NCBI GenBank assembly: GCA_963674965.2
Contig: CAXXFL010000006.1
Location: 320,001-384,000 of the forward strand
DNA length: 64,000 nucleotides
From: a bacterium
GTDB taxonomy: Bacteria > RBG-13-61-14 > DATKZS01
Direction of reading: 5' to 3'
The translations under genes were made by a program, and so were the position numbers. Under the pieces are notes generated by a model. That model saw nothing but the letters and a program-made list of their open reading frames with translations. It ran no database searches and was not told the DNA's origin. This document shows positions 58,501-64,000 of this stretch, piece by piece (the stretch's first letter is position 1; each line of letters starts with the position of its first letter).

Positions 58501-58589
58501 TAGAACGACAAGACTCGCCGGAGGAGAAGGAAACTCAGAATAAAAAAAACAACGACTTTGCGCATCAAAACGAGGATAGAGAGGAGTGA
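55509..58589 (+). CDS. VirD4/TrwB-HerA-like ATPase with a C-terminal restriction-endonuclease-like domain
   Basis: GVTGSGKT, FTDPHGD, LAIDEV, RKFG; Pro/Lys linker; then H......IK...VDV....AVEIS. Confidence 0.75.
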   Translation: MGSDKKQRKDTKGRPSKAAQNFYLWEVRGRGYDVFPRPVSLEPPFMEFSHRRDIERPIDDGIKKSVPGSVIKRLMGLKKSRPSRAGVCAETNCPEAAEPNSKSGLATEQDVVEVNLVLPPDRKVTQDNAEQFILNTASYNNPVGFEIYGTDSIEVRFACNRSDSEHVQQQASAFFPNAIREVRDRSLALDLSRPTVIIDFGLGNEFMLPFRTAKTFEPVDTLTGVIGCMESLAKGEKALLQILYQPVRNPWAANIMSAVLNNEGKPFLADMPESVSLAREKIQSPLLAVRIRALGQSDTEQGAWRIVKALGGALRVVANGHNELVALHNEKYDDLKHVHDVLRLTTHRPGMILNSRETATIVHPPSSAVKSEKLWQHFKKMKKAPELALYQLFKIGENDFFGKRYVATLSPHQLLKHCFISGVTGSGKTTTLIYIMKQIMEQGCGLMFTDPHGDAADQLLCYVPESRYQDVIYFDLSDVEFPLGIDLFHARTELERSLLKTDLTAILRRSSTSWGDQMSGVSDNAFGAGIENERPYTILHMPRFLSDLDFRRKVLETATDPQVKHYWEKVYPLLIGRSLAPILTRLGSLLRSRAIRNIFAQKNGLDFEDILETGKILIIKTPFGLIGLNDALTFCAILLAKMEQYIWARHMKGVEQRNHFFLAIDEVGSLITPSISSMLSSTRKFGVGLLLSGADLLDSSEQDRNFSNAIITHPSTYIFHRQGNRDARKLAEKLSYFNADDLQSLTVGDAVMAVEGRLNDFNIHVFSPPRIDPDTLQAKRNFFLQSTRERYGTPREKVEAELERDKVWCVGKPDPDPKKKSTPQKKSPDQPPKKITPQQKVADVKPLALLDSDRKLEVTEGKGGFQHRYLQNFIKSLAEDHGYLTVLEEPTSDGGSVDVGLRKGEQRIAVEISITTPAQHEYQNICKCLKEGYEKVFLCSSNERTLNGVQTLIEKELNTTDKEKILLFKPEDLIQYFQEGLENKADDTQRVKGYKVKIERQDSPEEKETQNKKNNDFAHQNEDREE

Positions 58590-58708
58590 TCATGGGTTGG
58601 AGTCGAAGCAGGGGAAGGAGGTGATAGGCGTCAGAACGAGCATATCTGAATTCGGTGATGGTTTATTGGGAGCTAATTTGCTCAGAATACTTTAATTGGA
58701 GGATAAAA

Positions 58709-58957
58709 ATGACAAATGAAATATTGATGAATTGCCCTGATTGCAGGAATCAGTTGGAGCTTCTGGCGCGAGGGAAGCAAAAGCGCCTTTTTGGTTGCTC
58801 CCACTGTTCAAGCGATGGGGAAAATCCGACGCTGTGGTTCCAGCCGACAATAATGCTTAAAGCGCTTCGCAAGCTGGAACAAGGACCTCTTGTGGAGGTC
58901 ATCAACAGGCCAGGAGCGGGAACCGCTACTCCTGGCTTAAGTAAAAAGAGTGAGTGA
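58709..58957 (+). CDS. Small Zn-ribbon protein
   Basis: CPDC...FGCSHC; GGAGG RBS. Confidence 0.6.
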   Translation: MTNEILMNCPDCRNQLELLARGKQKRLFGCSHCSSDGENPTLWFQPTIMLKALRKLEQGPLVEVINRPGAGTATPGLSKKSE

Positions 58958-59703
58958 TTGTTATGAGTAATTATTACGATCTTTTCGATGTACTAACCGA
59001 AGAACTCGGCAACATGTATGCGCATATGAAGACGTACAATCCATATAAGGGATGCCGTTTTGACTGTGTCTATTGCAGGCCGTCGTTCCAGACACAGGCG
59101 AAGCGGCACAAGCGTAGATGCCTCGCATGTGGCAGGTTCGAGCCTCATGAGCATCCTGAAAGATTGGGCCGGTTTCCCAGTAAAAAGCTAATCTTCGTTT
59201 GCGGTAATGGCGACATCAGCTTCTGCGACCCTGCTTTTACTGAAAAAATTATTACCTCAATATGGAAGCATAACCTTCGATGCCCTGAAAAGGAATACTA
59301 TTTCCAAAGTAAAAGGCCTGAGTACTTTACTCCGTTCCTCGATCTCTTCCCGGCAAATGTGACGCTTGTCACCACCCTTGAAACTGATGATGACCAGGGC
59401 TACGAATATATCTCCAAAGCGCCTCCGCCAACAGAGCGCTACGCCCAATTCAAGGCTCTGGACTATCTCCGGAAAGTCGTGACCATTGAACCGGTGATGA
59501 AATTCAACGTCCACTCTTTTGCTGAAATGATAGTTGATCTGGAACCGGAGCACGTATGGTTCGGTTTCAATAGCCGACATAAAAGTGTGCAGATCCCTGA
59601 ACCGACGGAGCAGGAAATTTTCAACTTCCTAACCCTCCTTAAGGAGAATGGTATAGAACTTAGGGCCAAGAAGCTCAGGCCGGTTCCTTGCCAGTTGAAC
59701 TAG
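58954..59703 (+). CDS. DUF5131 / radical SAM-like protein
   Basis: NPYKGCRFDCVYC (CxxxCxxC), FQSK.P, TIEP. Confidence 0.75.
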   Translation: MIVMSNYYDLFDVLTEELGNMYAHMKTYNPYKGCRFDCVYCRPSFQTQAKRHKRRCLACGRFEPHEHPERLGRFPSKKLIFVCGNGDISFCDPAFTEKIITSIWKHNLRCPEKEYYFQSKRPEYFTPFLDLFPANVTLVTTLETDDDQGYEYISKAPPPTERYAQFKALDYLRKVVTIEPVMKFNVHSFAEMIVDLEPEHVWFGFNSRHKSVQIPEPTEQEIFNFLTLLKENGIELRAKKLRPVPCQLN

Positions 59704-59723
59704 ACAAAACAGGGTAAGGCAAG

Positions 59724-60263
59724 ATGGGTAGAAGCAATAAACAGCCGCCGATGCGGAATGGAGGCCTGGACGATTACCAGACACCTCCGGAAGCGCTCGT
59801 GCCTTTATTGCCCTACCTTAAGCGCAGATGGACAATATGGGAATGTGCCTGTGGTGAAAAAAACCTGGTTAATGAACTTCGAAAAAGAGGATACAAGGTC
59901 AGCGCCTCGGACAAGGAAAAGGACTTCCTTATAGCCCAGGATTCTGGCCGGTTCGACTGTATTATAACGAATCCGCCGTACTCCCTGAAAAACGAATTCC
60001 TTGAGAAGTGCTATGAACTCGGTAAGCCCTTCGCGCTATTACTTCCGCTGACAGCGTTGGAAGGGAAAAAACGGCAGGCCCAGTACAAGCGACACGGAAT
60101 TCAGTTGGTGCTGTTCAATCGGAGAATCAACTTCGAAACACCATCGGGAGAAGGTAATGGAAGCTGGTTCTCGACCGCGTGGTTTACCTGGGGTTTGAAC
60201 CTCCCCAGCGATTTGACGTTTGTTGAGTTCGATATTGAAAAATCAAATAACGGAAAGCAGTAA
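59724..60263 (+). CDS. Small phage-type N6-adenine DNA methyltransferase
   Basis: D.YQTP, IWECACG, IITNPPYS. Confidence 0.8.
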   Translation: MGRSNKQPPMRNGGLDDYQTPPEALVPLLPYLKRRWTIWECACGEKNLVNELRKRGYKVSASDKEKDFLIAQDSGRFDCIITNPPYSLKNEFLEKCYELGKPFALLLPLTALEGKKRQAQYKRHGIQLVLFNRRINFETPSGEGNGSWFSTAWFTWGLNLPSDLTFVEFDIEKSNNGKQ

Positions 60264-60317
60264 CGTCAAAGGTAATGTGGACGGTTCCGCCGGCCACTCG
60301 ACGAGGAGTAACAAGCA

Positions 60318-60626
60318 ATGAATAAAAAAGAAACAGAAATGGGGAAAGAAAGCATCGAGTCGGATGCTACCGGCATCGTGGCCGAACTCGGCGCGTTGGG
60401 CCCAGGGGCTTTAGTCTTCGAGTCCGGCCTTGCCCGGATGTTGGGACGACATCCCGTTTCAATTAAGAGGGCTGTGGAGCGCGGAGAGTTACCGCCTCCT
60501 GTTCGCCTACTTGGCCAATTGGTTTGGCTTGTTGAAACCATCATTGAGTTTTTAAGAATGCGTTTGGCGGAAGCAGCTAAGGAAGCCAAAAAGCGGGAAG
60601 AGATGGAAAAAGACCGGGAGCCATGA
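60318..60626 (+). CDS. Excisionase/AlpA-like HTH protein
   Basis: LARMLGRHPVSIKRAVERGELPPPVRL...VW; near the integrase. Confidence 0.65.
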   Translation: MNKKETEMGKESIESDATGIVAELGALGPGALVFESGLARMLGRHPVSIKRAVERGELPPPVRLLGQLVWLVETIIEFLRMRLAEAAKEAKKREEMEKDREP

Positions 60627-60644
60627 CAGGGAAAATCATAGTGT

Positions 60645-60673
60645 TAGACTTTTGCGCACGCTATAAGTATAAT
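60645..60673 (+). promoter_or_regulatory. Sigma70-like promoter for the RHH-integrase genes
   Basis: TAGACT-17-TATAAT. Confidence 0.55.
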
Positions 60674-60710
60674 TGTGGATGCTTTGTCTACGAAGATCAA
60701 GAACTCCGTG

Positions 60711-60893
60711 ATGGGCCGTCCACCCAAGCCTCCTGCCGAAAAGCGGAGTCGGGGGATAACTGTGAGGATAACCGAAGACGAGTGGACAACCCTTATGAGG
60801 GAAGCAAGACGGTCCGGGACTACGGCGTCGGACCTGCTCATGCGCCCATGGAGAAGGAGAAAAGGAAATGGCCGGGGTAAGAAAGAAGCCTAA
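60711..60893 (+). CDS. Ribbon-helix-helix (MobC/CopG-like) protein
   Basis: GRPPK...ITVRITEDEW..L...A...G...SD; overlaps the integrase start. Confidence 0.6.
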   Translation: MGRPPKPPAEKRSRGITVRITEDEWTTLMREARRSGTTASDLLMRPWRRRKGNGRGKKEA

Positions 60894-62214
60894 AGCGGGC
60901 GGAAAATACCAGGGCTACTATACCGACTTCAACGGGAAGCGGAAATTTTTTGCTGGAACTCGAAACCGCGCCGAAACCCTTCGCATGGCCCAAAAGTTTG
61001 AGGACCAACATCGACAGGTGCGCCTTGGCTATCGACCGGCTTCAACAAAGGCTGACAAGGCGAAATCAAGACCATACTGTGAACTTAAGGATGAGTACAT
61101 CGCCTGGGGTGAGACCGTCGGTGGTCGGAGCAGCATGCCGTGGGGGGAAACACATTGCAGAATGAAAAAATCCCACCTCAATTGGTGGGAGGAGCGTCTT
61201 GGCCTTGAGGTGGTGGGTGATTTATACGACATACTACCTCAGGTGGAAGCCGCCTTGAGGGACTTGCAGGCGGCGGGTCGCAGTGGAAAAACTCTGGCTA
61301 ACTATTCCGAATCCATCTGCTCCCTCTGCGATTGGGCTGAAAAGCGTGGATACCTTATGAACGATCCACTGAAACATCTATCCACCTGGAACACAAGGCC
61401 GCAATCTATTTTCCGCGCTCCGACTATGGCGGAAGTCTATCTTCTACTACAGGTTGCTCCTCCAGAAAGAAAACTTCTTTATTTAGTAGCCGCATTCACT
61501 GGATTAAGAGCAGGAGAACTGAGATCTCTTATCGTAGGGGATCTAAATGTAGAGAGTCAATGTCTTAACCTTCATGCTGAATGGACTAAGAACAGAAAGC
61601 AGGGTACTCAACCTATACCTCATTTTCTCGTAGAAATTCTTAATAAAGAAACTGAAGGTAAAAATCATGATGACCCGATACTTTCTGTACCTTCCCATCC
61701 ATCACGCGAACTTGATATTGACCTTGACGCAGCCGATATTCCCAAGTCGACACCTGAGGGGAAAATAGTATTTCACTCTTTTAGAAGTGTATATATCAAT
61801 ATGATAGTCGGCGGTGGAGGTGGCAACCTTAAGGAGATTCAAACTCTGGCACGGCATAGCACACCTGACCTTACAATGAATGTCTATGCGAAAACTACAC
61901 CGGAGGGGCTGTCGAGACTAATAGAAAATATGGAAGAGAACATAGACATTCAAAAAATTCGTGCCCTATGTGTGCCCCACCAGGTTTCCGGGGGCACGGG
62001 CAAAGCCAAAAAAGCGTTAAAATCCAGGAAGATGGATAGTAATGATGAATGGTGGAGGCGGCGGGAATCGAACCCGCGTCCGAAGACCTTCGCCCCAGGG
62101 CACTACGCGCGTAGCCCGCGATTTGTTTTAGCCCTTCCCGCCCGCGCGGGCGCGGTCAGGTCGGGCGAGTCCTTACTTGGTTACGGTCCTAACGCGGCAA
62201 AGGGCGTTCCGTGA
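60868..62214 (+). CDS. Tyrosine integrase; ORF reads through the att site into ssrA antisense
   Basis: TGLRAGE, TKNRK, FHSFR, ARHS, TMNVY; the tail WWRRRESNPRP is the tmRNA 3' end read antisense. Confidence 0.92.
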   Translation: MAGVRKKPKAGGKYQGYYTDFNGKRKFFAGTRNRAETLRMAQKFEDQHRQVRLGYRPASTKADKAKSRPYCELKDEYIAWGETVGGRSSMPWGETHCRMKKSHLNWWEERLGLEVVGDLYDILPQVEAALRDLQAAGRSGKTLANYSESICSLCDWAEKRGYLMNDPLKHLSTWNTRPQSIFRAPTMAEVYLLLQVAPPERKLLYLVAAFTGLRAGELRSLIVGDLNVESQCLNLHAEWTKNRKQGTQPIPHFLVEILNKETEGKNHDDPILSVPSHPSRELDIDLDAADIPKSTPEGKIVFHSFRSVYINMIVGGGGGNLKEIQTLARHSTPDLTMNVYAKTTPEGLSRLIENMEENIDIQKIRALCVPHQVSGGTGKAKKALKSRKMDSNDEWWRRRESNPRPKTFAPGHYARSPRFVLALPARAGAVRSGESLLGYGPNAAKGVP

Positions 62215-62408
62215 AAGGATCGGTCCGTCTGTCTGACGCCCGGGTTCCACCCGACGGACGAGGCGGGCCGGACGTCGCGGTCGTTAAGCCGCGAGAGCGT
62301 AATCGTAAGATTCGCCGTTTATTGTTTGTTCCGCCAGATTAACGTGCGAGCGGAGCACGGCGCGCGCCCATGAAGTTCAACTATCCTCGTCGAACCCATA
62401 TCGCCCCC
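62050..62408 (-). ncRNA. ssrA: tmRNA
   Basis: 5' GGGGGCG pairs with 3' CGCCUCC-ACCA (G3.U); D-loop-like GGGUUCGAC; T-arm GCGGGUUCGAUUCCCGC; tag frame 62316-62284 GESYDYALAA*; 359 nt; upstream TATAAT at 62420-62425. Confidence 0.96.
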
Positions 62409-62472
62409 GCATAAAAGAGATTATACCCAATACCGGCCCAAATAGCCAATACGGCCAGGATGGAAACTTAAT

Positions 62473-62928
62473 TTAGACGGCTTTCTTGCCCGTGAGGGAG
62501 GTTATTTCCACCTTGATAATGGTCGTCGAGTCAACGGCCTTTTCCCCGTATTCTCCGGGCGTTCCGGCGAAGCGATCGAGGAGAAGGTCAAGGGCCTCGA
62601 GTTTTTCCTTATTATCCCGGATGATGGAGGCCCGTCCCTGGCCGATTACGCTTTTGAATTTCACGTCCCACTTGCAGGCCTTTTGGTGAGGGACGATCTC
62701 GACGTCCGTTTCCACCTCGAAGCACACGTTGGGGTTTCGAGAAACAATATCCAGCTTTTTGCCTTGCCGGGCCGTATGGACGTAGATGGCTCCTTCATGG
62801 TAGGCGAAGCAAAGGGGGACAAGGTACGGAACGCGTTCATCGGCCATTGCCAACCGGCATATACGAGCCTTGAGCAGGATATCCTCTATCTCCGCCTTGT
62901 CCGTTATCTCTTTATCTTTCCTGAACAT
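62473..62928 (-). CDS. Pyridoxamine 5'-phosphate oxidase-like / NimA-type flavin-binding protein
   Basis: R.DKEI, CRLA, PYLVPL.F, G.KLD....NP.VCFEV, SVIG.G. Confidence 0.88.
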   Translation of the reverse strand: MFRKDKEITDKAEIEDILLKARICRLAMADERVPYLVPLCFAYHEGAIYVHTARQGKKLDIVSRNPNVCFEVETDVEIVPHQKACKWDVKFKSVIGQGRASIIRDNKEKLEALDLLLDRFAGTPGEYGEKAVDSTTIIKVEITSLTGKKAV

Positions 62929-64000
62929 CTTTTTTCTCGTCCGATTGGCCGGGGGAGACGGGGTTTTCCGGCGCGGCCTGGGCCCCTTCATCGTGGCCGG
63001 GCGGAGGGGGCACGTTATCCTCTCCCGGGTCCCAGGTCTCGATCTTCAAGTAATCCCAATGGCCGTAGGCCCGGACGTGCAAGGTGGTCATGGGCCCCGC
63101 CACGATCCCGGCCAAAGGCAGGCCCCTCGCCGTCTTGGCCAGATCGCCTCCAAGATAAAGCTTAATCTTGAGATCGCAATGCTCGGTGGCGAAGTTGATC
63201 CATCCTTTCACGTCGGCCGACAGTCCCTGGGCGGCCTCGACGTGGAGGTCGCCGAAATAGGCCACGCCTCCCCGCAGCCTGGCGTTGGCCGACATGGAGT
63301 GGAACTTCTGGCCCTTGAAATCGTTTCCGCCCGGCAGCTTGAGGAAATCCAGGATTTTTCCCATCAGGTTGAAACCCTCGAAGTAACCGTCCTTCACCGT
63401 CACCTTGAGGTCGCCGTCAAGGCGGCGGGTCATGAACTCGCCTTCCTTAAAAATTCCGGTTATATAGCCGTCGGCGTCAAAGACGCCGTGCAGAAAGGTG
63501 GTGGTCTCGAATACCTGGGCGGTAAAGGCCGTGACGTCCATGCCTTTCATGCGTCCGTCGAAGCGGAACTTGATATCGGTGGGATGGTTGAAATTGACCC
63601 ATGAACTTCCGCTCTCGGAATAATGGCCGCCGCAGGCGTCGAACTCGAGCTCGGGGAATGTGATCACGCGCTGGTTGGTCACGTCCCACCTGCCAGAGGC
63701 GTTGGTCAGCTTCATCTTGTTGAAGACGCCCTCCCCCACCTGGGCGCTCCCTCTCCACAGGGTCCTCATCTTGAGCATCTTCTGGCCGCGCTTATACTTC
63801 GTTCTCCTCCCCGGGAAGAAGGTATCGAAGTTCACGAAGTCAGTCTTCGGATGAAGTATGAATATGGGGTTCTTCTCCTCGATGAGCTTGCCGCTGACCG
63901 TGACCTTGCTGCCCCCGCTGTACACCACGGTCTCGGGCATGATTATCTCGCCGTCGTTAAGATATACGGTCGCGTTGATATGCTCGATGTCCCCCACCGC
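62912..64000 (-). CDS. AsmA/YhdP-like protein, C-terminal part (starts beyond the window)
   Basis: Repeated amphipathic beta strands, L.G.L.V.VKDG, F.SM.A......G, terminal helix then V.AYG.W. Confidence 0.65.
   Translation of the reverse strand, partial: AVGDIEHINATVYLNDGEIIMPETVVYSGGSKVTVSGKLIEEKNPIFILHPKTDFVNFDTFFPGRRTKYKRGQKMLKMRTLWRGSAQVGEGVFNKMKLTNASGRWDVTNQRVITFPELEFDACGGHYSESGSSWVNFNHPTDIKFRFDGRMKGMDVTAFTAQVFETTTFLHGVFDADGYITGIFKEGEFMTRRLDGDLKVTVKDGYFEGFNLMGKILDFLKLPGGNDFKGQKFHSMSANARLRGGVAYFGDLHVEAAQGLSADVKGWINFATEHCDLKIKLYLGGDLAKTARGLPLAGIVAGPMTTLHVRAYGHWDYLKIETWDPGEDNVPPPPGHDEGAQAAPENPVSPGQSDEKKDVQER

Larger units (their letters stand above)
1..62049. mobile_element. Composite genomic island integrated at the 3' end of ssrA; left boundary not seen in this window
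   Basis: Tyrosine integrase abuts and reads into the tmRNA 3' end. Contains excisionase-like, Rep, relaxase and coupling-protein-like genes, two serine recombinases, four IS and defence cargo. Visibly more AT-rich than the host genes at 62.4-64 kb. No second copy of the tmRNA 3' end noticed by eye. Confidence 0.85.

Noticed and set aside
46032-62049. Prophage
   Set aside because: No terminase, capsid, tail or lysis genes; relaxase-like and coupling-like genes favour an integrative element.
62050-62125. tRNA gene
   Set aside because: The acceptor stem partner lies 359 nt away and a tag ORF is present: it is tmRNA.

Overview
Nearly the whole window (1 to ~62,050) is a composite genomic island integrated at the 3' end of the tmRNA gene (ssrA, minus strand, 62050-62408). 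Only the last ~2 kb is GC-rich host backbone (ssrA, a flavin-binding protein, an AsmA-like gene). The right part (~41-62 kb) is an integrative-element backbone: tyrosine integrase, excisionase-like and RHH proteins, MTase, DUF5131, VirD4/HerA-like ATPase, SprT protease, DUF932/PD-(D/E)XK/SSB-like operon, split Replic_Relax relaxase, serine recombinase and Rep. The middle (~18-41 kb) is a defence cluster built in a decayed type I R-M locus: Sir2-HerA, an IS-broken GmrSD-like/AlbA_2 gene and a complete class I DISARM. The left part (1-16 kb) is the least explained. It holds two co-oriented minus-strand blocks, each preceded by the same AATCAAC-G-G(T/C)TGATT palindrome. Block (i) is Zn-ribbon, C-terminally truncated DnaE, RNase J-like MBL nuclease (IS-broken), PD-(D/E)XK protein and metallopeptidase. 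Block (ii) is WYL regulator, Mre11/Rad50-like YhaO/YhaN pair, an unknown gene and a double-HKD phospholipase D nuclease. Four 1663-bp IS3-family copies with subterminal inverted repeats and 2-bp target duplications are present. All family calls are by-eye motif recognition; no searches were run.
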